Source: Magallana gigas (Eukaryota). From it: DNA of 64,000 bases. Under the pieces are notes generated by a model. That model did not search any database. It saw nothing but the letters and a program-made list of their open reading frames with translations, and was not told the origin of the DNA. The stretch covers positions 47,678,001-47,742,000 of the forward strand of contig NC_088857.1 of assembly GCF_963853765.1 (NCBI RefSeq). Reading direction: 5' to 3'. Positions 1-14,900 of this stretch are shown in pieces (positions within the stretch are counted from its first letter, which is position 1; the number at the start of each line of letters is the position of its first letter). The translations under genes were made by a program, and so were the position numbers.

Positions 1-1467
1 TGTTTCAATTATTATTTTCAATGACATTTTTCTATCTTGAGAAGTGATTTTACATTTTAATTAATGATGTGAATTAGTAGCATGAAAATTAATGAGCTGG
101 CACAGATCTTTATCCCTTTGTTACTAGATATTGGCGACAGTGTAATACTTTTGAATGAGAATTTCTCATCATTAGAATTTGTCTCTTACATTCATTAGTC
201 CATACAGGTAATTCTCTAGACCTTTCCTGAACATTTTTGTAGTAAAGAGGAAACTGTCATCAATAATTTATCACTCATAAAATCCAAACCTTTTCATTCT
301 CCAAAATAAGAAATGGCCGAGAAATGTAATTTTCCGGGGATATTACAGTGGTTGAGAACAGATAAAATGGGGATTTATGTTCAATTTGGCCCGGCGATCT
401 TATCTTACATATGCGGGGATAATCTTAAGACTTCCCTAATTGGGGGAGATGAAGCAGGCATCTTTGCCTGAGATTTCCTAATCCTCAAAGTCTGATCAAT
501 TAAATGACATTGAGGGACTAAGCCAGCTTTCTGATTTTTGCCCTGCTCAAATGCAATGCCTTGCATTGGCAAAGATAGATCAGTCATCTGTTTGCATACC
601 CACAAGTGGAGAAAATTGTTAGATTATTACCGTATTCAAATTGTATTTTATCAGACAAGTTCTTAGGTATGATTTTTCCTAATGTCATCTTTTTTCGCAA
701 TTACAAGAAAATCCTAGATATCTTTGGGACTTTTATATCATTTATCTGTTTGATCACTGAGAAAAGAATGTTTCGGTAGAGGAGGAAAATAGTCTGTGTT
801 GATTTGGGCAATCATTTTCTTAATGCTGATTAAAAGAAGGGGTTGAGAATTGATTTTCTTTTTTAGATATGAAACTCAAACATTGTGTCACTCCTTTAGG
901 TTTTTAAAAATCAAAATTAAAAAGAAAAATTCTGTTGACTTCCAAGGACATTAAAGTATAATTACATTGATTATGTAGTGTTGGTATGAAATGAATGATT
1001 GTCTGGTAAGCGCTAACTTCTGATGGATTTGAGATTAAACTGTAACACTTGGGGAGTCAACGTGTAATTATGGCCTCCGTTGGCAAACAAGGATCCATTC
1101 TGCTTTTCATTGGATTTGAACATTGTGGATTTTGAATTTCTTTACCTGCATAATAAAGGAGTTTATCCCATGTTGTTAAATAAACATAACTTTGCCTGTT
1201 GATAAACAATTGTTACAGTGTCGACAGAATCTGGCATTGTACGTTAAATATGTCTGTCTCCTGAGAGCATTTAGGATATAAAAATATTGGCTTTATGACA
1301 AAATGTTTTGATAATGGTGTATTATGTGAATCCCCATTTCTAGAGACACAGATAAATGCAGTACCAGTCTCTTTTTATTTGATCTTTTACAGCATTATTT
1401 TAACAAGAGAACTGTTTGCTAAAGAGGTAGAAAAATCTGAAATGATTTTTTTTAAAATTGAAATAAA

Positions 1468-1517
1468 GGGAGGGTAGGAAGAGGGGGGGGGGGGGAGGGT
1501 AGGAAGAGGGGGGGGGG
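1468..1517 (+). repeat. Duplicated G-rich motif (gggagggtaggaaga-Gn)x2, potential G-quadruplex
   Basis: Direct repeat with long G runs, visible in the sequence. Confidence 0.6.
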
Positions 1518-3717
1518 TCAAAGACTTGGGGTAAGAGGCTTTAATTTCGATGTCCTGTAGTTGAAGATTAAGTTCATAAGAACAGAAGATGAAGACAACA
1601 CTATCAACAAACCAACCTTAAACCCTGATCGTGAAAAGACTGTCTAAATTAGGATTTTGTGTGTGCAGGGCATTCATTCCTGGGGATTAAATCGACCCTG
1701 GATTAAGTGTCTATCCTTTATGTGTTTACATATCTTCTATTCTCCCACTCTTGTCTCTAATCCTGCCGACCTGAATTTTCCATTTAGTTAATACCGCGGG
1801 TCCCACCGAGAACGGAACACTTAGCAGTGAGATTGAAGTGATCAGACTATGAAAGCACGCTTCAAATGACAATTTTTTTTTAAATAACCATGAATATAAG
1901 ATGCATTTGAAATCAAGTAAAAACTGATGAAATTGAACTTAAATGTCTAATGTCAAGTCCAGTTCTATTTGTTACAGCTTTAAATTTGGTATATATCAGA
2001 AATATATATTGATTTATTTACTGATAATGATAACCAGATTGTATGCCAAACCTCATAGATTCGGAGTAATTTATTTTTTCTTCTAAATTAAGGGTTATAT
2101 ATGTACGTGACATATCTGCACTGCCCATCTAAATGTATATACATGTACTTCTGCACATCGACCATTGGTGGGCTCTAACTCTATCTTCCCATCTTAAGAT
2201 AAAAAAAAAATCTTGACAAAACTGCGAATAAGGAAACAATCACGATACTAAACAGTTTAATTTCTTTTTGGTGTTGTTCAGGTGTAGGTGGTTTTTATTA
2301 ATCAATTTGTTCTCTTGTGGTTTTTTATGATGTGATAAACTGAAAAAGCCACTCAAGGAAATGAATTGAAGATTATATAGTCATTTTTTCTATTCAAATT
2401 GCAAATGATTTATATACTGCAAGATATATTGCAAAATTTTTCTAGCTGTTTAATATGGGATTATTTTCTTTTTATTACCTACAGTTTTTTGTCTGCCTTA
2501 TAATTAGGAGCCAGATCATTTGTAAAGACACATAAGCACATGTGGTTTAATTAGATCTTGAATTTGTAGAGTGATAATTAACTTAATATAATAAAGGTTA
2601 TGAAAATGAAGAGACATTAACTTAATCTGAATAATTGCAAGCAAGTATAAAACTTTCATACAACACTTATTTTAAATAATTTAAAAACATTTGATTTCTT
2701 TAAATACTTTCTTACTGTTTCATTTACTATCATATTTTCATGTTGTTTTTTTTTTAAATTCTAACTTTATGATTAAGAGTGCATATGTTTACAGGAAAAC
2801 CTCAATGAAATGAAAAGAAACTTGAACTTAGTCATTCTCCAAAGCAAAAAAAAAAAAAAAAAAACATAAAAACTAAAGATGAATATTATGTAAGAGATCA
2901 TAAAATAGGATGTATGCTGGTAGTGCAAGTGTAAAACAATATCACAAGTGTGTGTAATCTCAGGAATTAGAAGAATTAAGGTAGAGCCGATAGGTAAATT
3001 CAGGACAGCTGTGAACTTCTGGAAGATTTGGTTTTAATGCAGATAATATTGGAATATATTTGGCAGTATCTTTGAAGAAAATGTGATTGCTTAAGCCAAA
3101 TACAAAAGTCTTCAAGATGTGAATTACTAAGTTTTAATCTCAAACCAAATGTGTTTCTTTTGATATCATCTTGTGGTTCTGTCAGTTTTATACCAGTCAT
3201 TTAGAAATTAATGAAAACCTTGTCTTGATCTGTTCAAATGCAATATCATTTCAATAATCTTAATGTAAGTTATAACATAATTCAAGATTTTCTCTAAAAC
3301 ATTGGGTCTTATGATTATTTGAATTTGTGTAATTTTGCCAACTTCATCAACAAGTTTGTCCCTCAGATCTTTTATTTTTTCTCCCCCTGATGTAATTGTG
3401 AGATTTAAGTTTGGCTGTTAATTACTGATGATAAGCCCCCAACTTTTGACAGTTTCTTCGGATTCAAAGAGATCTCAAGCCTAAGTTAAGTGAAGACACC
3501 CACTGCTCTGAAATTATCGTAATCATAACCATCACAGGAATATATAAGTAGCCAGTCATTTCTGCTGTTAGATCTGTCCTATGGAAGTTGTTGTGCAACT
3601 GAAATAATTTCATTTAAAACAGATGAGGAAATAAGCTGTATAGTCATCCAGCTCTAAAGTTCCAGGACAGGATATTTGTTTTCAACAAGCCACTCAAAAA
3701 TAGAATACTCAGAATTA

Positions 3718-3719
<2 letters not shown>

Positions 3720-3772
<53 letters not shown>
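3720..3772. repeat. (CT)n microsatellite
   Basis: Pure CT dinucleotide run. Confidence 0.98.
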
Positions 3773-3775
<3 letters not shown>

Positions 3776-4873
3776 TATAGTTCAGAGTAATCTAATAAAT
3801 GAATAAAAGATTCCTTTATTTTTTTTTTTTAACTGGTCAATTTTTTTTATCGCACCCCTAGTATATTTTTTAAACATTTTTAATTCTTTCCCTTCAGTTA
3901 ATGCATATAAGAGCATGTTCTGGTTTTGCCATTTATAATGTTGTTGATATCAGATGGATTGTGAAGATTAGTATGAAGTACTTGGAGATGACAACTGTTG
4001 GGGAAATGCTCCGATTTTCAGGTACAAAAATCTGCAGATTAGGATCAGAGATACTGCTCAACAGCAGCAATCCATCACAACTGTCAGGGAATTAAAATGG
4101 CCTGATCCAGCTTTGACACTGAGAGACATAAAGAGGAGAGATTGTTATTTTCACTTTTTTCCCTTTTAATTCAAATCTGACACAAAAGCAGCTGCTCATA
4201 AGAGGATGAATCTGGGGATAGACGGATTAAACGACCATGCATCTGCCTTATCGCTTTACTTAAGTCTGTCCTCTGAACATATGAAGTGTTAAAATGGAAT
4301 TAGAGGGATGTCTTCTCCTTTTGCACAGAAAGCAAACCCCAAAAAGGCTGGGCCTAATCCGCTTTGTATTAATTCCTTCTCCATATTTTTTTTTTTGCAT
4401 CTTCATTTTCCTTCTTGTCCAGAGCTGTGGCCTGTATAAGTTCAAGGGTTTTTTTGGGGGGGTTTTCTGTTTGCCTAAAAAGCAAAAGAATCATTTTATG
4501 CATGTACATAAATACCTGTACTGACTGTAAATGTACCATACAACAAATGAAAGAATATTTTTCCAATTATCTGCTGGTTTTTGATATATATTTTTAAAAA
4601 TCATTGTCTCCAGAAGTGTTTAATGGATTAGGTCAATGAAGACTGCAGATTGACCAATTGGTACCTGACAAGCTTTAACAGAATAATGACCACCAGGCCT
4701 TTCGTAGGTGATGGTGACAAGGTGTTATAGATTTGTGTCTCTGGGCGGATTAAGACCCTGGACCATCTGTCATCACCCTAGCTTAAACAAAGCTGATTAA
4801 ATGTAATCAGTGGTAAGGTGATGGAGTTCACCCCACCGAGTAATTACTACATGTAGCACAGACTTTGTCTCTG

Positions 4874-4877
<4 letters not shown>

Positions 4878-4944
<67 letters not shown>
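4878..4944. repeat. (CT)n microsatellite
   Basis: Pure CT dinucleotide run. Confidence 0.98.
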
Positions 4945-4947
<3 letters not shown>

Positions 4948-6253
4948 TTCACACATAAAGTTGATGAAAGTTGCAATGTTCGTTTTGGGTTTTGGTATAT
5001 TATTAAACTGGAAAAGCTAAATGGAAAAGATAGAAGGATGTTTTTTCTTCATCCTGGAAATACCACATGAGAATATTACCCAGTAACCCAAAAGAGCAAA
5101 GTTTGGGTTACTATATATTTGTTATTTATAGTGCAGTGTGTAGAACTCCATATTTTTTGACTTAAGTTTCATCCTTGCTTGAAAAAAAAATTAAAAATCA
5201 AAACGCAGCTGGTCAAAAAGTGTAAGAAATAAAATAGAATGATTTCAAGAACTGACTACAATACTTTCCTATCAAAAAAGATTGTGATATATGTTTTATG
5301 AATTTTATTCTTTTTATCGGAAGACATGAACATTTTTGTAAAATGAAAAAAAAAAACACTAAAAGATTCCTTAAGGAAGACAATGAAGAATTTATGTTGG
5401 GAAATTCATGCTTTGGGGCAAAGATTGGGTGGTTTTTGGAATTATTTCATTATTTATCTGAAAAGAATTTTATTGCTAAGGATTTCTGATGGGGGCTTAT
5501 CCTGTTTGCAGATTAGAGAGGAAGTTTCTGGGAGGTAGAATAGTCTTGGTATTTCAGAGAGGATAAGGACCTAAATTTATTTACTTTTGTAATAAAACTG
5601 GATTTTAAATTTTTAGAGGTTTTAAAGAGGATTTATCCCTTTCAGTTAAATTGAAAAATCTCTGGACGGATTTAAGATAATTTCCTCCGTGCTTATAAGG
5701 ATGATCTTTGTCCGACTTCTTTGAATGACGACTTTAAATTTTATAAATGCTCGACACAGAGAGAAAGTAAATAAGCTCAAAGTGTTTAAAATTACGATCA
5801 CGGGATTAATTTGCACCAAGCTTACGGATTTGATATCTGTTTTACTTTTCGATAAAATAGAATATTTAGATGACGAGTTAGGAATATGTATACCTCTTGA
5901 GTGAAGAATGAATTTATAAGAAGTTTTTTAAAAAAAACTGAGTTGTCTACTCAAGCTCATGTCAGGAGCAGTAGCAAGGTTCGGAGCTCTTGAAATATGT
6001 TGAGATTTTTGTTGATCCTCCATTCTATGAACATTTTATCAACCATTAGTATAATCGTGCTTCACTGATCTTCAGAGCAGTAGTATAAATGTAAGGGGTA
6101 TACAAGAAAATGAGAGAAGTGCGACTTTCATATGGTTGATAAACTGAAACAAATCTTTTCCCTTCAGTTATATGGGGGGTTTTTTTTCCCTCAAATGTAT
6201 TACATTTTATATACCAATTTATGTTAAATTCAAACTTTTTTTTCAAATCTTAG

Positions 6254-6704
6254 GAGTTAAATCTTTGCCCATCCATTGTGTGATTGAGCAAACAAATGGA
6301 CCTTTGACCTTTGAACCTGACAACACTGCCACCTACAATGTGGAGTTGGATACGTATGCTATATTGCCATGTACAACCCTGTTCTCGGAGCTTTTACGAA
6401 CAGCACTCGTCAAACTTGGATACAACGCCAATGAAGCCATGAACGCAAAAGGTTTTGATTAATTTCACATTTCCACAATTCATTTTAAATAAGAAATATG
6501 CACAATAATGACATTGTTAATTATTTCTGAATAGATTAGTTATTTCAAGAACCATGTAATTGAATCGTTCAATCTAGGTGCCATTCAGATCAAGAACTGG
6601 AAGCCACTCAGTTTTGAAACCATTACTGAAGACAGTAAGTCAACAATTGAGGACATTCTGGGTGACCTCACACAGACAGCCAAACTGAGGATCAGACTCT
6701 GCAG
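6254..6704 (+). CDS. dve: Compass/dve/SATB-class homeobox gene, shared ULD (CMP) domain exons 6254-6451 and 6578-6704
   Basis: Spliced translation GVKSLPIHCVIEQ...YAILPCTTLFSELLRTALVKLGYNANEAMNAKG|AIQIKNWKPLSFETITEDSKSTIEDILGDLTQTAKLRIRLC matches the CMP/ubiquitin-like domain of dve/SATB. GT-AG sites, phases 1/1/2. The first coding exon is unresolved; phase-1 candidates are 3973-4021 (MKYLEMTTVGEMLRFS) and 5489-5534 (MGAYPVCRLERKFLG), both speculative. Confidence 0.9.
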
Positions 6705-7727
6705 GTAAGTTTGTCTGTCTGAGACCAAAAAAACAGACAAAAATGGACGTCTGTCAGGCCATGAGAGTGAACCTTTCTATTCACTTGATTCCAGGAAATA
6801 TATTGCGCATATATACACATGAAATTTTAGGAACATTATTTGAAACTTATCATTTCAACAAATTCCTTTTGTTATCGTTTATTTTCTGTCATAAAAAAAA
6901 AATAATAAAACCTGATCAGATATGGGCTAAGACTCACTGTGTCTTTATGTACTTTGATGATTTTTGTAGACACACATTTATAACTCTAAAAGCATCTTCT
7001 TCAACTATATTAGATTTCAATCGTCTATGTAGAGTGTAAATCTGATGAAATAAGGAGATTAAAAGCTATGCAACACTGATTTGATGAAGCAATAAAAGTA
7101 CAACTGCCTGAGAAGATATACTGCAAGATGTACCAGTACTCTTGCACTATAATCGTTACAAGATAAACTGCAGTAGACAGTTGGCTTTCATTACCATATA
7201 CTGTACATGTATTAATGGAAGAAAGTAAACAGATTAAAAAAGAGAGTTTATACAAAAAGTGTGTGACCCTCTCAGTATGCATATTCAAAGTGATTCACAA
7301 GGTATTACATGTAAAAACAACAAATGATAGAATATACAAATGATAATACTGTAATATATAAGGAGGTGGCATTATTTATAAAGTGAAAAAAATTGCTCTG
7401 TACGGTTTTCTTAAACTGCATATCATATTTTAATGATGTTTAAATATTACCTTATTTACTGGTAACATTATGTATAATATATTTTATATATCAAAAAAGC
7501 AAAGGCAACTATTGTGTGAGCATTGTTTACAGTGTGGTTATTTTAAGAACATGTAGCTTTACATTTTTTTCTTTTGGTTATTTTCTTTTTTTTTTATTCT
7601 ATACTCTTTAAAACACAAAAACTTTTGGAAGCATTTTTCGGTACCTTATCACTGTGACGATGTTCTGGAGAGCTGCGTTGAAAGTCTCGCTTTCATTTCT
7701 TGCCACTCTCACTTTCCTTCTTTACAG

Positions 7728-10700
7728 TAGTACCAAACTCAGCTCCACCGATGAAATCAAAGGGAAACTACTCCAGCTTCTGTTGACTCAGTCGCAAGGC
7801 CTCCTCATGAGCTCTGGTTGTCCGATTGAAAAGGTGAGTGAGGGAGATGTTGTTATGCGACAGGTAGTGCTGTGCCTGGAGTAATCTAAGAGGATGAATA
7901 AAGCTGCTAGTTTTTATACTTTCTCTGCAGGAGTTTAAAGCAGTTGTTTTAAATTAGTGCCACAGCCCCTAGATGGTTTGTCATTTTAATTTGTGATGAA
8001 CATTGTATATACAGACAAGATAATTAAAATTAAAGAGGTTGGGTTGGTTTGTTTTGTTAGCAACAGAAGGGGTTTTATATGTGAGTATATTGTATTGCCT
8101 TCTGTTATTGGATTCTCTTATTCCTAACTAGTTGAAGTCAAACCTGAACTGAATGATCTACACAATAAGCAAAGCTTGTCTTCCATATTATTTAAAGCAC
8201 ATTGAATAGGAAATCAAATCAGGGTTATTTGATCAAATCCTTATATTTTTTAAAAAACAGAAGTTAAAATTAAATAAGAATACATGTATTAAGATACTAC
8301 CCAATGAACTGTATCAATAATTACATATCCAGTATAAACCTGTCACTCAGATGTCCTTAAATGGCCGTGATCTCCTGTCTTTTGTTTTTAACCTTGTTTC
8401 TTATAGCTAGCTGAATTGGTATTCAGTTGTTAGGGGGCAAATTGATTTTATAGATCTTAAATTTTAAGATTTATTTTTGACCATGAAGTTATTTCAAAAA
8501 AAGCATGCAGAAGCCTATATTTTTATCTGCCATTTGGCACCTGCAACAAGAAATTTTAGACCTTGTCATGATGTGTTGTAGTTGGAACTGAAGTCCATAA
8601 ATGTATAAGTGAATATTTTTTATGGCAGGAGCTAGATCTTATCACTTATGTGGATATTTGACAATAACAGCATTTGACATATTTGATAAACCATGCATCA
8701 GCGATTCAAATACAAAAATGGCCCATGTGTCCATGTGCTACATTCATATTAATACATTTATAGGAAATAAAGGTATTAAGCACTCTTATTAGCATATCCT
8801 CAAATCTTAATGTAGTTTCTAGCGGGGTTTTTTTGTCAAGATTATATCAAAAAAATATTTATTTCCCCTTATATTATCATTAATTTAGCAGAAGCATTCC
8901 AAAAAAAAGTACTGAACAAAAATAAAACAGGAGATACACCACTCTGATTAAGGGGTAAAGTGAGACATTAAATATTCACCAGTGATTGTAAACTTCTACT
9001 GTGATAAAATAGTAGAAGCAGACAGGGCCAGGTTTATATAAAGTCTGAACATAATGGAGGAGGGATCCTTCTACGGCTTCATTATAAAATGTATCCAAGC
9101 TCATTATAAAGTGTATTCCGTTTTTTCTCACCTGTGTGATAGGAGCATTCTGTATTTAAAAAAGCAAATGTAACTTGACCTGGTCATTATAGCAGTAACA
9201 GCTCACTCTGTCTGTATACTACAGGCTTAATGGTGATGTACTGGGCTGTTAAAATGTCATTCTCAAATGTCCAGCAGAATCCACTGAATGAGAAATAAAG
9301 TTAAATATGATCATTCAAGTGTTTTAAGAGTGGGTTTTATTTTTCTAATGAATAAATAAACCAGTTATTAAAGCTGATTTTAAAGATTCTTTCATTTTTC
9401 TTGATGAAGATTTATTTCATGATAATTTTAAATACTCGTAGATGATTACAGATGAGACCTTTATAACGTACTTATAAATAACAGCTGTTTATTAAATACT
9501 TTAAAGGTTATGGATCTGATAATATGAGGGTAATGTGAAAGTAACCAAGATTTCTGCAAATAGTATCGGTAAATAATTAAACACCTGGGATCAGTGTTAA
9601 TTCCCGGTCAGATACTTAGTAACACCTATAACTTGGTCTACAAACTCATATTTTTATATATTAAAATATGATATAAATCAGCCACTGAAAGTTGAAATAT
9701 GAAAAGTTATGACTGAGTTAGTGTGTAGATAACTGATTTGTGTTCCTACAATAGGAAGGAATTCTTTTTATCATAATGTATAGGAACTAATAAACCCATG
9801 AAATAATCTCAAATTTGAGGAAATAACTCCAAATTGTGAAATTGTTCACATGCAGTAATGATCATTGTTTAAGACTGCAGATTAAATTACTGAATACATA
9901 TATTGCCATTGAAAAATACTTCATTTATTTATATAACTCTACAACTGTATTATCAATACCGATAGCTTTACAAAGAAGTTTTCAAAACAAATATACCACT
10001 TTTTCAAAGTGTTATCCTTGGTGTAAAATATTGTGTTTCTTAAGCGGAAAAAAGAATTTTGAAGTTGTCCCCACCTTTCTGTTGCTATGGATTTATGATT
10101 ATTTTCTTCAAGAAATTAGATTCATAATGATTGCTAAAAATTATTTAATGAAAATATATTTTCATTTTATATTTTGCAGGATCTCTTAACATCTTTGAGC
10201 AAAGGGGACAGCTTTTCTAATTTGCCCCTAGAAATCAGAAAATCATTTGACAAATGGTATCAAGACCTGCATAAACAGCACAGTGAGGAGGCAAGGCATT
10301 CGAACACCTCTACCCCAGAGAAGCTCCCAGCCTCACCCCAGAGGGAACAGCAAAGTTACTCCACAAACCATGCTCCCCTGCATGGCAAAACCAGAATGAG
10401 AACGTCGTTTGACCCCGAGCATGAAATTCCACGGTTGCAGAAGTGGTTTGCTGAGAATCAGCACCCTCCTAGAGAGGTGATGATAAAATACCTAGAGGAG
10501 TTAAATTCTCTTGACTCTAGAAAAGGACGAAGGCCTCTGGATCTGACCAACATCATATACTGGTTTAAGAATGCTAGAGCTGCGCACAGAAGAGCATCCA
10601 AGTGCTTTGATGGTGACACCTCATTTGAAGGGGATGAAATTAATGACGAGAGTACTAATACTCAAGAGAATGGCTGTTTTATGGGTACCAGGGGCCTTCC

Positions 10701-11955
10701 ATACATGTTGCCTTACCCATTTCAGGGTATCTATGGTTCTCATGATATTTTAGGAGATACTCTTAAAGAGCCATGTGACCTTTCTCAGGCAGGTCAAAGG
10801 GCAAGGATGAATGGCATGAAAAAAGAGGATGAAGCAGAACGGACGAGTAAAGTTGAAGGAGAAAGAACAGAATCAAAAAGTGCAGATACAGACCTGGACA
10901 AATCAGATGATGATGAAGGAGACAAAGAGGGGCATACAGTATCCATTAAAAAGGAAAGTTCTTCACCATCTGATGGTGAAAAGACTTCTGATACTGGCGA
11001 TACTCCATACCTACCCAACAGAAATGCTGTGTATGTTCTGCCTCATCAGTACAGCCAGTATAAGAACGGTCAGGATGCCGACGAAGAACCCAGGGAACCA
11101 TGTGACTTGTCAAATTCTCATAAATCTAGTCAAGTGAAAAAAGACATTTTGGACACAGCAAACAACAACAAGAAAAGAAAGAATTCATCAGATGATGAGC
11201 AGGAGAAGGAAAACTCCAATGGAAAGGCTGACTCGCTGAACAGGTACAACACTGAGAAGCAGAGGTCCTCATCACAAGATTATCCCAACCACTCCAGCCG
11301 CTCCAGCAATGGCAATTCGGAGGTTTTTCACTCAGGATCTGATGATGACAATGATCTGGAATCCGATATGGATGATAGCCAGTCCTACGCAGGATCAGAA
11401 TCTAGTCATGAAGCCAAAGATGGAACCTTTATAAGGGAGGCCCACATGGGCAGTTACAATGCAAACGCTCTCTCACGACTGCAGCAACAGCACGGTGCAG
11501 CAGGATTACATCATCCTCTCCACATTCCCCATTTCCCCCATCCATTGGCCATGACTTATTTCCCCATGAATAGTCATTTTTTACAGCAAACAACAAGATA
11601 CCAGCAACAGCAGAACTCTCAAGCTATGTCCAGTGACGAATCTCCTACCGATCATCACATCAAGTCCGGCAGCCTCAGTTCTTCTCATCGCAAGCGACGA
11701 ACTCGAGTCTTCATAGACCCAATGTCTGAGATACCCAAGTTGGAGAAATGGTTTGCAGAGGACACCCACCCTTCATCCTATATGATTGATAAGTACTGTG
11801 AAGAGCTGAATAAATCTGAATACCGCCAAAAGTTCCCAAAGCTAGAAGCCAAAAATGTACAGCTGTGGTTCAAGAACCACCGGGCAAAAGTGAAGAGAAT
11901 GAGGGTGTCCTCTGTAGATTTACATGGGATGGAGTATAGGATGGAGAAATGTTAA
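7728..11955 (+). CDS. dve: Compass/dve 3' cassette A: exons 7728-7833 and 10180-11955, degenerate CUTL plus two atypical homeodomains
   Basis: The acceptor at 7727 is phase 2, matching the donor at 6704; 7833 joins 10180 in phase 0. HD1 KTRMRTSFDPEHEIPRLQKWF...IIYWFKNARA (~10387-10590) and HD2 RKRRTRVFIDPMSEIPKLEKWF...VQLWFKNHRA (~11689-11900) are typical dve homeodomains with K50 and an extended loop before helix 3. About 735 aa from 6254 to the stop. Confidence 0.92.
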
Positions 11956-14900
11956 CAGAAATTTGTTTGTGCATTATTTAACTTCATTTGAAGGTCTACA
12001 CATTGAATATTGTTTTGGTACACTTGTTTCTATGTATCTCAAAGTACTTGTTATTAATAGGAATTTCTGATATGTAACAAGTTTTTGTTATAAAAAATTG
12101 TATCAGAATTTTGAGTGTTAGGTCAGTAGGTTACTTTTACCTGAGGTGAGAGCTCTGCCTGTTCAGGTACGCACTCTGGGGTAAGAGAAAAATGATATGT
12201 CATTGTCATCTTGAAATGTCAGGTTGTGTGTTTTTATCTCCAGTGGATGTGTTTAAGATATTATTGTTACACCCCATATTTATTAACGTGTTGTTTACAG
12301 TCGGGGGCTACTGGCAATTCTCATGAAACTACCGCATAATTATGTTTGGTTAGATGTTCACATTGGGTTCTATAGGCCCAAAGTTAGTCACATTTTTGTT
12401 ATTTACTAGAACTTTTCCCCTTTGCAATTGATTAACTTTTTAATATACGTAGTTTACATATTGTTCTATGTGGTTGAAGGTGCTATTTTAAGAAACAATT
12501 TCTGATACATGTTTTAACATTGTTCATACATTCATCCGCCGTTGGAACCTAGTTGTCATAACATCACTGCCCATTAATGCAATTGCTGACATTTTTATAA
12601 AAATTGCATAAGATGCTTTTACGAATCAAAGGGAATAATATTTCTTTTATTAAGAATTGTACAAAAGAAACAAAAATTATTTATCTACTTAAAAGATTGT
12701 TTTCCAAGATATTTTTCTTGAAATAATAGCGCTACTCCATGTAAAGTTTGAAATCTAATTTCAGCTTAAGTACACTCTAGCTCATTTTATTTCAAATTGT
12801 TTTAGTGTTATTTTTTTTTTAATGACCAAAGGGGTACTGGTTAATTAGGTGGATGCAGGGTCAATGCTACATGTATAACAGGGCTATGAGCTCTCTCTGT
12901 ACCTAGAAATGCAACTTCTTGGTTATAAACTAACAAGGTACAGAAAAACTGGATATCTGATACTTCTGTTTAATTTACATTCCACATGACAAAACCACAT
13001 TCTGGTTGCTCCACAGGAGGGTAATATATTTTTAACAGCTCTCTCTATCTCCTGATTATTTTTATTTTTCTTCTTCGTGATAGAATTTTGGACTGTTTGG
13101 AAATCTCTAAACCTTTGATTCATAACTATAGAAATTATTTCTACAACCATCTATTGATAACAAAGACAGTTTTTGTCTGCTAATAAAACATATATGTATA
13201 TTTGATCATTAATATTTTGATTCCTTATATTCAATCATGATTTAGTTTGTATGCTTTGTTAAGTTTGTCGAAGTCGGTAAAGTGATAATTTTTTTTAATT
13301 TTTGCAATTTCTGGGTGATCTCTAGCTGGTCTTTATAAAAATTGCAACTTCTGTAAGACAATTTTTAATTTTTTTAATCTATCATGAATAGATTTCTTTA
13401 AGTTTAAGAGGGAGTTCAGTGTAAATTTAATAAACAAATTATATTTGAAGTCAGTTTTCCCAAAATTATACTGAATCATGATTGAATATAATGGTAGAAG
13501 AAAACAATTGTACTTAAATTTGAAGAGCTTACTGTTTGCATGATTTCTGTTGCATCACACAGACGCCAGATGACTTAAATTCATCTGTACTACTTTCACT
13601 TTTAGGCTCCAGTTATCCTGCTTTTTCTAGTGTTTAGATCTATGTATTCTTTGTACCCATAACAAGCATTTTCCTTCTGAATTTTTTTTATATATATGTT
13701 TTATAAAAATCACAATGATTTTATTTTATCTGATTAAGGGCTGATTATAATCTCAAACTTTTTTCAAGTTGTAGAGGCAAATGTTGCTCCTAATATTTCT
13801 TAATGCTCATAGATACCTCAAGAATTGAGATTGTTTTTAATGAAAATTAACCCTAGGTTATTGCTTTTTATTATGAAATCATGTAAGATAACTATTTTTT
13901 TTTTCTATGATTGGTTTATAAAGTCATATGAATAAAAAGGACTGAAATCAGAAACTATGGTTGATGAACCGAGACTCTTTTGAATTATTCCCCATTATAG
14001 TTCTGCTCAAGCGGTATTTTCTTGACTTGTTGAGTATCCAAACAAGTCATCTATTTCTTTGACAGCAGTGAATTCAAATTCTCTGTGCTCCTCTCACCAC
14101 GATACCAGTTTTTCAAGTGCGACAGAAATTGGTGAATAAAAAAACCGTTTTGGTTTAAAACAACAACAAAAAATAGACACTTTACATTCCATTGAAAAAT
14201 TTTTAAACAGAGTTATATATTGAGATTTATTGTCGGTGAATTTATTTTTACATGATAATTTAGATATTAGCCATGAACTGGAAAAAAACATAGCAGTTTT
14301 GGATATGTGAAGTCAGTATTTTTAATTAATGTCTTGAAACATAACATGTTTGTTAAGGTTTACTTCAAGTGCTATAATCAGTTATATAACCTGTTTTTTA
14401 TCAATCAAACTATTTATTGTATATGACTTACTCAAGTCTACCGAATAGCTCTGTTTCAGCAGGCACCTAAGTAATTTATTATGTATTCAATTGAATATTT
14501 ATTAGGCCAGTGGTCATGTTAGTCTTCTCCTCCTACCGAATCTATGTGGTTTTCTTTTTTTATTTTAAGCTTTACTGATTTTAATCTACCGCATCTCACC
14601 TCCTTTTTATAGTGCTGAGATAAACAAACAAATGATAGAGAAATATTGAAGTCTTGTCAAAGCTAGTTTTAAAGGGTTATGGGCAATAGATGAACTGTTT
14701 ACTTTTTATGGTTTTGTTCTACTCAACTTTTTTTTTCTTAATTGACTTCCTTTTTAGCAGGAATGTGTTCATATTTTTTTTAATTTTGGGAAATGAATTG
14801 TGGGTAATGGACCCACGCGAAATGTACATCTTTGGTGGTTGTCTGTAGTTTTTCTCTTGTTAGCTGTTTTTTTTTTCTTTTTGCCTTTTTTTTTGTGTAG

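Noticed and set aside
10571-11769. Alternative-frame and antisense ORFs over the Compass exon (similar ones lie over SMYD, CARS and DCST exons)
   Set aside because: Expected shadows of GC-richer coding sequence.
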